Source: Eledone cirrhosa
Taxonomy: Eukaryota
Direction of reading: 5' to 3'
NCBI GenBank assembly: GCA_964016885.1
Contig: OZ024740.1
Location: 6,262,001-6,326,000 of the forward strand
Length of the DNA: 64,000 nt
The number at the start of each line of letters is the position of its first letter. Position 1 is the stretch's first letter. Of the stretch, positions 24,501 through 39,000 are shown in pieces. The notes beneath the pieces are model-generated. The model had not been told where the DNA came from and did not search any database. It saw only the letters and a program-made list of their open reading frames with translations. A program made the position numbers and the translations under genes.

Positions 24501-27500
24501 AGTTATTTCACAAGATATCTTCTATTTTCCCAGTTATTTCACAAGATATCTTCTATTTTGTCCAGTTATTTCACAAGATATATTCTACTTTGTCCAGCTA
24601 CTTCTCAAGATATCTTCTACATTGTCCAGTTATTTCACAAGATATATTCTATTTTGTCCAGGTTTTTCACAAGATATCTTCTATTTTGTCCAATCATTTT
24701 ACAGGATATCTTCTACTTTGTCTTCTTATTTCACAAGATATTTTCTACTTTGTCCAGTTATTTCACAACATATCTTCTATTTTGTCCAGTCATTTCACAT
24801 GATATATTCTATTTTGTCCAGTTATTTCACAAGATATTTTCTACTTTGTCCAGTTATTTCACAAGATATCTTCTACTTTGTCCAGTTATTTCACAAGATA
24901 TCTTCTATTTTCCCAGTTATTTCACAAGATATCTTCTATTTCCCTAGTTATTTCACAAGATATCTTCTACTTTATCCAAACATTTCACTAGATATCTTTT
25001 ATTTTGTCGAGTTATTTTACAAGATATCTTCTACTTTGTACAATCATTTCACAAGATATATTCTATATTGTCCAGTTATTTCACAAGATATCTTCTACTT
25101 GTCCAGTTATTTCACAAGATATATTCTATTTTGTCCAGTCATTCCACAAGATATCTTCTACTTTGTCCAGTTATTTCACAAGATATCTTCTATTTTCCCA
25201 GTTATTTCACAAGATATCTTCTCTTTTGTCCAGTTATTTCACAAGATATCTTCTATATTGTCCAGTTATTTCTCAAGATATATTCTGCTTTGTCCAGTCA
25301 TTTCACAAGATATATTCTACTTTGTCCAATTATTTCACAAGATGTCTTCTACTTTGTCCAGTCATTTCACAAGATATATTCTAATTTGTCCAGTTATTTC
25401 ACAAATATATTCTACTTTGTCCAGTCATTTCACAAGATATATTCTATTTTATACAGTTATTACACAAGATATCTTCTACATTGTCCAGTTTTTTCACAAG
25501 ATATCTTCTACTTTGTCCAATCATTTCACAAGATATATTCTATTTTAGCCAGTTATTTCACAAGATATCTTCTATTTTGTCCAGTTATTTCACAAGATAT
25601 CTTCTATTTTGTCCAGTTATTTCACAAGATATATTCTATTTTGTCCAGTCATTCCACAAGATATCTTCTACTTTGTCCAGTTATTTCACAAGATATATTC
25701 TATTTTGTCAGTTATTTCACAACATATATTCTACTTTGTCCAGTTATTTCACAAGATATCCTCTACTTGTCCAGTTATTTCACAAGATATATTCTACTTT
25801 CTCCAGTTATCTCACAAGATATATTCTATGTTGTCCAGTCATTTCACAAGATATATTCTATTTTATCCAGTTATTTCACAAGATATATTCTATGTTGTCC
25901 AGTTATTTCACAAGATATCTCCTACTTCTCCAGTTATTTCACAAGATATATTCTACTTTGTCCAGTTATCTCACAAGATATATTCTATGTTGTCCAGTCA
26001 TTTCACAAGAAATATTCTATTTTGTCCAGTTATTTCACAAGATATCTTCTATTTTGTCCAGTTATTTCACAAGATATATTCTATTTTGTCCAGTTATTTC
26101 ACAAGATATATTCTACTTTGTCCAGTTATTTCACAAGATATCTTCTATTTTCCCAGTTATTTCACAAGATATCTTCTATTTTGTCCACTTATTTCACAAG
26201 ATATATTCTATTTTGTCCAGTTATTTCACAAGATATCTTCTACTTTGTCCATTCATTTCACAAGATATATTCTACTTTGTCCAGTCATTTCACAAGATAT
26301 ATTCTATTTTATCCAGTTATTTCACAAGATATATTCTATGTTGTCCAGTTATTTCACAAGATATCTCCTACTTCTCCAGTTATTTCACAAGATATATTCT
26401 ACTTTGTCCAGTTAACTCACAAGATATATTCTATGTTGTCCAGTCATTTCACAAGAAATATTCTATTTTGTCCAGTTATTTCACAAGATATCTTCTATTT
26501 TGTCCAGTTATTTCACAAGATATATTCTATTTTGTCCAGTTATTTCACAAGATATATTCTACTTTGTCCAGTTATTTCACAAGATATCTTCTATTTTCCC
26601 AGTTATTTCACAAGATATCTTCTATTTTGTCCAGTTATTTCACAAGATATATTCTACTTTGTCCAGCTACTTCTCAAGATATCTTCTACATTGTCCAGTT
26701 ATTTCACAAGATATATTCTATTTTGTCCAGGTTTTTCACAAGATATCTTCTATTTTGTCCAATCATTTTACAGGATATCTTCTACTTTGTCTTGTTATTT
26801 CACAAGATATTTTCTACTTTGTCCAGTTATTTCACAACATATCTTCTATTTTGTCCAGTCATTTCACATGATATATTCTATTTTGTCCAGTTATTTCACA
26901 AGATATTTTCTACTTTGTCCAGTTATTTCACAAGATATCTTCTACTTTGTCCAGTTATTTCACAAGATATCTTCTATTTTCCCAGTTATTTCACAAGATA
27001 TCTTCTATTTTCCTAGTTATTTCACAAGATATCTTCCACTTTATCCAAACATTTCACTAGATATCTTTTATTTTGTCGAGTTATTTTACAAGATATCTTC
27101 TACTTTGTACAATCATTTCACAAGATATATTCTATATTGTCCAGTTATTTCACAAGATATCTTCTACTTGTCCAGTTATTTCACAAGATATATTCTATTT
27201 TGTCCAGTCATTCCACAAGATATCTTCTACTTTGTCCAGTTATTTCACAAGATATCTTCTATTTTCCCAGTTATTTCACAAGATATCTTCTCTTTTGTCC
27301 AGTTATTTCACAAGATATCTTCTATATTGTCCAGTTATTTCTCAAGATATATTCTGCTTTGTCCAGTCATTTCACAAGATATATTCTACTTTGCCCAATT
27401 ATTTCACAAGATGTCTTCTACTTTGTCCAGTCATTTCACAAGATATATTCTAATTTGTCCAGTTATTTCACAAATATATTCTACTTTGTCCAGTCATTTC

Positions 27501-30036
27501 ACAAGATATATTCTATTTTATACAGTTATTACACAAGATATCTTCTACATTGTCCAGTTTTTTCACAAGATATCTTCTACTTTGTCCAATCATTTCACAA
27601 GATATATTCTATTTTAGCCAGTTATTTCACAAGATATCTTCTATTTTGTCCAGTTATTTCACAAGATATCTTCTATTTTGTCCAGTTATTTCACAAGATA
27701 TATTCTATTTTGTCCAGTCATTCCACAAGATATCTTCTACTTTGTCCAGTTATTTCACAAGATATATTCTATTTTGTCAGTTATTTCACAACATATATTC
27801 TACTTTGTCCAGTTATTTCACAAGATATCCCCTACTTGTCCAGTTATTTCACAAGATATATTCTATTTTGTCCAGTCATTGCACAAGATATCTTCTAATC
27901 TGTCCAGTTATTTCACAAGATATCCTCTATTTTGACCAGTTATTTCACAAGATATATTCTATTTTGTCCAGTCATTTCACAAGATATATTCTACTTTGTC
28001 CAGTTATTTCACAAGATATCTTCTACATTACCCAATCATTTCACATGATATATTCTACTTTATCCAAACATTTCACTAGATATCTTTTATTTTGTCAAGT
28101 TATTTTACAAGATATCTTCTACTTTGTACAATCATTTCACAAGATATATTCTATATTGTCCAGTTATTTCACAAGATATCTTCTACTTGTCCAGTTATTT
28201 CACAAGATATATTCTATTTTGTCCAGTCATTCCACAAGATATCTTCTACTTTGTCCAGTTATTTCACAAGATATCTTCTATTTTCCCAGTTATTTCACAA
28301 GATATCTTCTCTTTTGTCCAGTTATTTCACAAGATATCTTCTATTTTGTCCAATCATTTCACAAGATATATTCTATTTTGTCCAGTTATTTCACAAGATA
28401 TCTTCTATATTGTCCAGTCATTTCGCAAGATATCTTCTACTTTGTCCATTCATTTCACAAGATATATTCTACTTTGTCCAGTCATTTCACAAGATATATT
28501 CTATTTTATCCAGTTATTTCACAAGATATATTCTATGTTGTCCAGTTATTTCACAAGATATCTCCTACTTCTCCACTTATTTCACAAGATATATTCTACT
28601 TTGTCCAGTTATCTCACAAGATATATTCTATGTTGTCCAGTCATTTCACAAGAAATATTCTATTTTGTCCAGTTATTTCACAAGATATCTTCTATTTTGT
28701 CCAGTTATTTCACAAGATATATTCTATTTTGTCCAGTTATTTCACAAGATATATTCTACTTTGTCCAGTTATTTCACAAGATATCTTCTATTTTCCCAGT
28801 TATTTCACAAGATATCTTCTATTTTGTCCAGTTATTTCACAAGATATATTCTACTTTGTCCAGCTACTTCTCAAGATATCTTCTACATTGTCCAGTTATT
28901 TCACAAGATATATTCTATTTTGTCCAGGTTTTTCACAAGATATCTTCTATTTTGTCCAATCATTTTACAGGATATCTTCTACTTTGTCTTCTTATTTCAC
29001 AAGATATTTTCTACTTTGTCCAGTTATTTCACAACATATCTTCTATTTTGTCCAGTCATTTCACATGATATATTCTATTTTGTCCAGTTATTTCACAAGA
29101 TATTTTCTACTTTGTCCAGTTATTTCACAAGATATCTTCTACTTTGTCCAGTTATTTCACAAGATATCTTCTATTTTCCCAGTTATTTCACAAGATATCT
29201 TCTATTTCCCTAGTTATTTCACAAGATATCTTCTACTTTATCCAAACATTTCACTAGATATCTTTTATTTTGTCGAGTTATTTTACAAGATATCTTCTAC
29301 TTTGTACAATCATTTCACAAGATATATTCTATATTGTCCAGTTATTTCACAAGATATCTTCTACTTGTCCAGTTATTTCACAAGATATATTCTATTTTGT
29401 CCAGTCATTCCACAAGATATCTTCTACTTTGTCCAGTTATTTCACAAGATATCTTCTATTTTCCCAGTTATTTCACAAGATATCTTCTCTTTTGTCCAGT
29501 TATTTCACAAGATATCTTCTATATTGTCCAGTTATTTCTCAAGATATATTCTGCTTTGTCCAGTCATTTCACAAGATATATTCTACTTTGTCCAATTATT
29601 TCACAAGATGTCTTCTACTTTGTCCAGTCATTTCACAAGATATATTCTAATTTGTCCAGTTATTTCACAAATATATTCTACTTTGTCCAGTCATTTCACA
29701 AGATATATTCTATTTTATACAGTTATTACACAAGATATCTTCTACATTGTCCAGTTTTTTCACAAGATATCTTCTACTTTGTCCAATCATTTCACAAGAT
29801 ATATTCTATTTTAGCCAGTTATTTCACAAGATATCTTCTATTTTGTCCAGTTATTTCACAAGATATCTTCTATTTTGTCCAGTTATTTCACAAGATATAT
29901 TCTATTTTGTCCAGTCATTCCACAAGATATCTTCTACTTTGTCCAGTTATTTCACAAGATATATTCTATTTTGTCAGTTATTTCACAACATATATTCTAC
30001 TTTGTCCAGTTATTTCACAAGATATCCCCTACTTGT
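21505..30036. repeat. Near-perfect 4266-bp tandem duplication within the 32-bp satellite
   Basis: Marker CTTTCTCCAG at 21531 and 25797. Identical translated ORFs at 23284/27550, 22234/26500 and 23826/28092. Confidence 0.92.
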
Positions 30037-33000
30037 CCAGTTATTTCACAAGATATATTCTATTTTGTCCAGTCATTGCACAAGATATCTTCTAATCTGT
30101 CCAGTTATTTCACAAGATATCCTCTATTTTGACCAGTTATTTCACAAAATATATTCTATTTTGTCCAGTCATTTCACAAGATATATTCTACTTTGTCCAG
30201 TTATTTCACAAGATATCTTCTACATTACCCAATCATTTCACATGATATATTCTACTTTATCCAAACATTTCACTAGATATCTTTTATTTTGTCAAGTTAT
30301 TTTACAAGATATCTTCTACTTTGTACAATCATTTCACAAGATATATTCTATATTGTCCAGTTATTTCACAAGATATCTTCTACTTGTCCAGTTATTTCAC
30401 AAGATATATTCTATTTTGTCCAGTCATTCCACAAGATATCTTCTACTTTGTCCAGTTATTTCACAAGATATCTTCTATTTTCCCAGTTATTTCACAAGAT
30501 ATCTTCTCTTTTGTCCAGTTATTTCACAAGATATCTTCTATTTTGTCCAATCATTTCACAAGATATATTCTATTTTGTCCAGTTATTTCACAAGATATAT
30601 TCTATATTGTCCAGTTATTTCACAAGATATCTTCTACTTGTCCAGTTATTTCACAAGATATATTCTATTTTGTCCAGTCATTCCACAAGATATCTTCTAC
30701 TTTGTCCAGTTATTTCACAAGATATCTTCTATTTTCCCAGTTATTTCACAAGATATCTTCTCTTTTGTCCAGTTATTTCACAAGATATCTTCTATATTGT
30801 CCAGTTATTTCTCAAGATATATTCTGCTTTGTCCAGTCATTTCACAAGATATATTCTACTTTGTCCAATTATTTCACAAGATGTCTTCTACTTTGTCCAG
30901 TCATTTCACAAGATATATTCTAATTTGTCCAGTTATTTCACAAATATATTCTACTTTGTCCAGTCATTTCACAAGATATATTCTATTTTATACAGTTATT
31001 ACACAAGATATCTTCTACATTGTCCAGTTTTTTCACAAGATATCTTCTACTTTGTCCAATCATTTCACAAGATATATTCTATTTTAGCCAGTTATTTCAC
31101 AAGATATCTTCTATTTTGTCCAGTTATTTCACAAGATATCTTCTATTTTGTCCAGTTATTTCACAAGATATATTCTATTTTGTCCAGTCATTCCACAAGA
31201 TATCTTCTACTTTGTCCAGTTATTTCACAAGATATATTCTATTTTGTCAGTTATTTCACAACATATATTCTACTTTGTCCAGTTATTTCACAAGATATCC
31301 CCTACTTGTCCAGTTATTTCACAAGATATATTCTATTTTGTCCAGTCATTGCACAAGATATCTTCTAATCTGTCCAGTTATTTCACAAGATATCCTCTAT
31401 TTTGACCAGTTATTTCACAAGATATATTCTATTTTGTCCAGTCATTTCACAAGATATATTCTACTTTGTCCAGTTATTTCACAAGATATCTTCTACATTA
31501 CCCAATCATTTCACATGATATATTCTACTTTATCCAAACATTTCACTAGATATCTTTTATTTTGTCAAGTTATTTTACAAGATATCTTCTACTTTGTACA
31601 ATCATTTCACAAGATATATTCTATATTGTCCAGTTATTTCACAAGATATCTTCTACTTGTCCAGTTATTTCACAAGATATATTCTATTTTGTCCAGTCAT
31701 TCCACAAGATATCTTCTACTTTGTCCAGTTATTTCACAAGATATCTTCTATTTTCCCAGTTATTTCACAAGATATCTTCTCTTTTGTCCAGTTATTTCAC
31801 AAGATATCTTCTATTTTGTCCAATCATTTCACAAGATATATTCTATTTTGTCCAGTTATTTCACAAGATATCTTCTATATTGTCCAGTCATTTCGCAAGA
31901 TATCTTCTACTTTGTCTTGTTATTTCACAAGATGTCTACTACTTTACCCAATCATTTCAATAGATATCTTTTATTTTGTCCAGTTATTTTACAAGATATC
32001 TTCTACTTTGTACAATCATTTCACAAGATATATTCTATTTTGTCCAGTTATTTCACATGATATCTTCTACTTTGTCCTGTTATTTCACAAGATATATTCT
32101 ATTTTGTCCAGTCATTCCACAAGATATCTTCTACTCTGTCCAGTTATTTCACAAGATATATTCTAATTTTTCCAGTTATTTCTCAAGATATATTCTACTT
32201 TGTCCAGTCATTTCACAAGATATATTCTACTTTGTCCAATTATTTCACAAGATATCTTCTACTTTGTCCAGTCATTTCACAAGATATATTCTATTTTGTC
32301 CAGTTATTTCACAAATATATTCTACTTTGTCCAGTCATTTCACAAGATATATTCTATTTTATACAGTTATTACACAACATATCTTCTACATTGTCCAGTT
32401 TTTTCACAAGATATCTTCTACTTTGTCCAATCATTTCACAAGATATATTCTATTTTAGCCAGTTATTTCACAAGATATCTTCTATTTTGTCCAGTTATTT
32501 CACAAGATATCTTCTATTTTGTCCAGTTATATCACAAGATATATTCTATTTTGTCCAGTCATTCCACAAGATATCTTCTAGTTTGTCCAGTTATTTCACA
32601 AGATATATTCTATTTTGTCAGTTATTTCACAACATATATTCTACTTTGGCCAGTTATTTCACAAGATATCCCCTACTTGTCCAGTTATTTCACAAGATAT
32701 ATTCTGCTTTGTCCAGTCATTCCACAAGATATCTTCTACTTTGTCCAGTTATTTCACAAGATATCTTTTATTTTGTCGAGTTATTTTACAAGATATCTTC
32801 TACTTTGTCCAGTTATTTCACAAGATATATTCTATTTTGTCCAGTCATTCCACAAGATATCTTCTACTTTGTCCAGTTATTTCACAAGATATCTTCTATT
32901 TTCCCAGTTATTTCACAAGATATCTTCTCTTTTGTCCAGTTATTTCACAAGATATCTTCTATATTGTCCAGTTATTTCTCAAGATATATTCTGCTTTGTC

Positions 33001-36000
33001 CAGTCATTTCGCAAGATATATTCTACTTTGTCCAATTATTTCACAAGATATCTTCTACTTTGTCCAGTCATTTCACAAGATATATTCTAATTTGTCCAGT
33101 TATTTCACAAATATATTCTACTTTGTCCAGTCATTTCACAAGATATATTCTATTTTATACAGTTATTACACAAGATATCTTCTACATTGTCCAGTTTTTT
33201 CACAAGATATCTTCTACTTTGTCCAATCATTTCACAAGATATATTCTATTTTGTCAGTTATTTCACAACATATATTCTACTTTGGCCAGTTATTTCACAA
33301 GATATCCCCTACTTGTCCAGTTATTTCACAAGATATATTCTATTTTGTCCAGTCATTGCACAAGATATCTTCTAATCTGTCCAGTTATTTCACAAGATAT
33401 CTTCTATTTTGACCAGTTATTTCACAAGATATATTCTATTTTGTCCAGTCATTTCACAAGATATATTCTACTTTGTCCAGTTATTTCACAAGATATCTTC
33501 TACATTACCCAATCATTTCACAAGATATATTCTACTTTATCCAAACATTTCACTAGATATCTTTTATTTTGTCGAGTTATTTTACAAGATATCTTCTACT
33601 TTGTACAATCATTTCACAAGATATATTCTATATTGTCCAGTTATTTCACAAGATATCTTCTATTTTCCCAGTTATTTCACAAGATATCTTCTCTTTTGTC
33701 CAGTTATTTCACAAGATATCTACGATATTGTCCAGTCATTTCGCAAGATATCTTCTATTTTGTCTTGTTATTTCACAAGATGTCTACTACTTTACCCAAT
33801 CATTTCACTAGATATCTTTTATTTTGTCCAGTTATTTTACAAGATATCTTCTACTTTGTACAATCATTTCACAAGATATATTCTATTTTGTCCAGTTATT
33901 TCACATGATATCTTCTACTTTGTCCTGTTATTTCACAAGATATATTCTATTTTGTCCAGTTATTTCACAAGATATCTCCTAATCGTCCAGTTATTTCACA
34001 AGATATATTCTAGTTTGTCCGGTCATTCCACAAGATATCTTCTACTCTGTCCAGTTATTTCACAAGATATCTTCTACTTTGTCCAGTTGTTTCACAAGAT
34101 TTTTTCTATTTTATCCAGTCATTTCACAAGATATATTCTATTTTGTACAGTTATTTCACAACATATATTGTAATTTGTCCAGTTACTTCACAAGATATAT
34201 TCTATTTTGTCCAGTTATTTCACAAATATATTCTACTTTGTCCAGTCATTTCACAAGATATATTCTATTTTATACAGTTATTACACAAGATATCTTCTAC
34301 ATTGTCCAGTTTTTTCACAAGATATCTTCTACTTTGTCCAATCATTTCACAAGATATATTCTATTTTAGCCAGTTATTTCACAAGTTATATTCTATTTTG
34401 TCAGTTATTTCACAACATATATTCTACTTTGTCCAGTTATTTCACAAGATATCCCCTACTTGTCCAGTTATTTCACAAGATATATTCTATTTTGTCCAGT
34501 CATTGCACAAGATATCTTCTACTCTGTCCAGTTATTTCACAAGATATCTTCTATTTTGACCAGTTATTTCACAAGATATATTCTATTTTGTCCAGTCATT
34601 TCACTAGATATATTCTACTTTGTCCAGTTATTTCACAAGATATCTTCTACTTTACCCAATCATTTCACAAGATATATTCTATTTTGTTCAGTCATATCAC
34701 AAGATATATTCTATTTTATCCAGTTATTTCACAAGATATCTTCTACATTGACCAGTTATGTCACAACATATATTCTAATTTGTCTGGTTATTTCACAAGA
34801 TATATTCTATTTTGTCCAGTTATTTCACAAGATATCTTCTATTTTGTCATGTTATTTCACAAGATATCTTCTATTTTGTCCAGTTATTTCACAAGATATC
34901 TTCTACTTTGTCCAGTTGTTTCACAAGATGTATTCTATTTTATCCAGTCATTTCACAAGATATATTCTATTTTGTACAGTTATTTCACAACATATAATGT
35001 AATTTGTCCAGTTACTTCACAAGATATATTCTATTTTGTCCAGTTATTTCACAAATACATTCTATTTTGTCCAGTTATTTCACAAGATATATTCTATTTT
35101 GTCCAGTTATTTCACAAAATAACTTCTATTTTGTCCAGTTATTTCACAAGATATATTCTATTTTGTCCAGTTATTTCACAAGATATCTTCTATTTTGTCC
35201 AGTTATTTCACAAGATATATTCTATTTTGTCAGTTATTTCACAACATATATGCTACTTTGTCCAGTTATTTCACAAGAAATATTCTATGTTGTCCAGTTA
35301 TTTCACAAGATATATTCTATTTTATCCAGTTATTTCACAACATATATTCTATCTTGTCCAGTTACTTCACAAGATATATTCTAGTTTGTCCAGTTATATC
35401 ACAAGATATATTCTATTTTGTCCAGTTATTACCCAAGATATGTTCTATTTTGTCCAGTTATTTCACAAGATATATTCTATTTTGTCCAGTTATTTCACAA
35501 GATATATTCTATTTTGTCAGTTATTTCACAACATATATTCTACTTTGTCCAGTTATTTCACAAGATATCCCCTACTTGTCCAGTTATTTCACAAGATATA
35601 TTCTATTTTGTCCAGTCATTGCACAAGATATCTTCTAATCTGTCCAGTTATTTCACAAGATATCTTCTATTTTGACCAGTTATTTCACAAGATATATTCT
35701 ATTTTGTCCAGTCATTTCACAGGATATATTCTACTTTGTCCAGTTATTTCACAAGATATCTTCTACATTACCCAATCATTTCACAAGATATATTCTACTT
35801 TATCCAAACATTTCACTAGATATCTTTTATTTTGTCGAGTTATTTTACAAGATATCTTCTACTTTGTACAATCATTTCACAAGATATATTCTATATTGTC
35901 CAGTTATTTCACAAGATATCTTCTACTTGTCCAGTTATTTCACAAGATATATTCTATTTTGTCCAGTCATTCCACAAGATATCTTCTACTTTGTCCAGTT

Positions 36001-39000
36001 ATTTCACAAGATATCTTCTATTTTCCCAGTTATTTCACAAGATATCTTCTCTTTTGTCCAGTTATTTCACAAGATATCTTCTTTTTTGTCCAATCATTTC
36101 ACAAGATATATTCTATTTTGTCCAGTTATTTCACAAGATATCTTCGATATTGTCCAGTCATTTCGCAAGATATCTTCTACTTTGTCTTGTTATTTCACAA
36201 GATGTCTACTACTTTACCCAATCATTTCACTAGATATCTTTCATTTTGTCCAGTTATTTTACAAGATATCTTCTACTTTGTACAATCATTTCACAACATA
36301 TATTCTATTTTGTCCAGTTATTTCACATGATATCTTCTACTTTGTCCTGTTATTTCACAAGATATATTCTTTTTTGTCCAGTTATTTCACAAGATATCAC
36401 CTACTCGTCCAGTTATTTCACAAGATATATTCTATTTTGTCCAGTCATTCCACAAGATATCTTCTACTCTGTCCAGTTATTTCACAAGATATCTTCTACT
36501 TTGTCCAGTTGTGTCACAAGATATCACCTACTCGTCCAGTTATTTCACAAGATATATTCTATTTTATCCAGTCATTTCACAAGATATATTCTATTTTATA
36601 CAGTTATTTCACAACATATATTGTAATTTGTCCAGTTACTTCACAAGATATATTCTATTTTGTCCAGTCATTCCACAAGATATATTCTTTTTTGTCCAGT
36701 TATTTCACAAGATATCACCTACTCGTCCAGTTATTTCACAAGATATATTCTATTTTATCCAGTCATTTCACAAGATATATTCTATTTTGTACAGTTATTT
36801 CACAACATATATTGTAATTTGTCCAGTTACTTCACAAGATATATTCTATTTTGTCCAGTTATTTCACAAATATATTCTACTTTGTCCAGTCATTTCACAA
36901 GATATATTCTATTTTAGCCAGTTATTTCACAAGATATATTCTATTTTGTCCAGTCATTCCACAAGATATCTTCTACTTTGTCCAGTTATTTCACAAGATA
37001 TATTCTATTTTGTCAGTTATTTCACAACATATATTCTACTTTGTCCAGTTATTTCACAAGATATCCCCTACTTGTCCAGTTATTTCACAAGATATATTCT
37101 ATTTTGTCCAGTCATTGCACAATATATATTCTACTTTGTCCAGTTATTTCACAAGATATCTTCTACTTTACCCAATCATTTCACAAGATATCTTCTACTT
37201 TGTCCAATCATTTCACAAGATATATTCTATTTTGTCAGTTATTTCACAACATATATTCTACTTTGGCCAGTTATTTCACAAGATATCCCCTACTTGTCCA
37301 GTTATTTCACAAGATATATTCTATTTTGTCCAGTCATTGCACAAGATATCTTCTAATCTGTCCAGTTATTTCACAAGATATCTTCTATTTTGACCAGTTA
37401 TTTCACAAGATATATTCTATTTTGTCCAGTCATTTCACAAGATATATTCTACTTTGTCCAGTTATTTCACAAGATATCTTCTACATTACCCAATCATTTC
37501 ACAAGATATATTCTACTTTATCCAAACATTTCACTAGATATCTTTTATTTTGTCGAGTTATTTTACAAGATATCTTCTACTTTGTACAATCATTTCACAA
37601 GATATATTCTATATTGTCCAGTTATTTCACAAGATATCTTCTATTTTCCCAGTTATTTCACAAGATATCTTCTCTTTTGTCCAGTTATTTCACAAGATAT
37701 CTACGATATTGTCCAGTCATTTCGCAAGATATCTTCTATTTTGTCTTGTTATTTCACAAGATGTCTACTACTTTACCCAATCATTTCACTAGATATCTTT
37801 TATTTTGTCCAGTTATTTTACAAGATATCTTCTACTTTGTACAATCATTTCACAAGATATATTCTATTTTGTCCAGTTATTTCACATGATATCTTCTACT
37901 TTGTCCTGTTATTTCACAAGATATATTCTATTTTGTCCAGTTATTTCACAAGATATCTCCTAATCGTCCAGTTATTTCACAAGATATATTCTAGTTTGTC
38001 CGGTCATTCCACAAGATATCTTCTACTCTGTCCAGTTATTTCACAAGATATCTTCTACTTTGTCCAGTTGTTTCACAAGATTTTTTCTATTTTATCCAGT
38101 CATTTCACAAGATATATTCTATTTTGTACAGTTATTTCACAACATATATTGTAATTTGTCCAGTTACTTCACAAGATATATTCTATTTTGTCCAGTTATT
38201 TCACAAATATATTCTACTTTGTCCAGTCATTTCACAAGATATATTCTATTTTATACAGTTATTACACAAGATATCTTCTACATTGTCCAGTTTTTTCACA
38301 AGATATCTTCTACTTTGTCCAATCATTTCACAAGATATATTCTATTTTAGCCAGTTATTTCACAAGTTATATTCTATTTTGTCAGTTATTTCACAACATA
38401 TAATCTACTTTGTCCAGTTATTTCACAAGATATCCCCTACTTGTCCAGTTATTTCACAAGATATATTCTATTTTGTCCAGTCATTGCACAAGATATCTTC
38501 TACTCTGTCCAGTTATTTCACAAGATATCTTCTATTTTGACCAGTTATTTCACAAGATATATTCTATTTTGTCCAGTCATTTCACTAGATATATTCTACT
38601 TTGTCCAGTTATTTCACAAGATATCTTCTACTTTACCCAATCATTTCACAAGATATATTCTATTTTGTTCAGTCATTTCACAAGATATATTCTATTTTAT
38701 CCAGTTATTTCACAAGATATCTTCTACATTGACCAGTTATGTCACAACATATATTCTAATTTGTCTGGTTATTTCACAAGATATATTCTATTTTGTCCAG
38801 TTATTTCACAAGATATCTTCTATTTTGTCATGTTATTTCACAAGATATCTTCTATTTTGTCCAGTTATTTCACAAGATATCTTCTACTTTGTCCAGTTGT
38901 TTCACAAGATGTATTCTATTTTATCCAGTCATTTCACAAGATATATTCTATTTTGTACAGTTATTTCACAACATATAATGTAATTTGTCCAGTTACTTCA

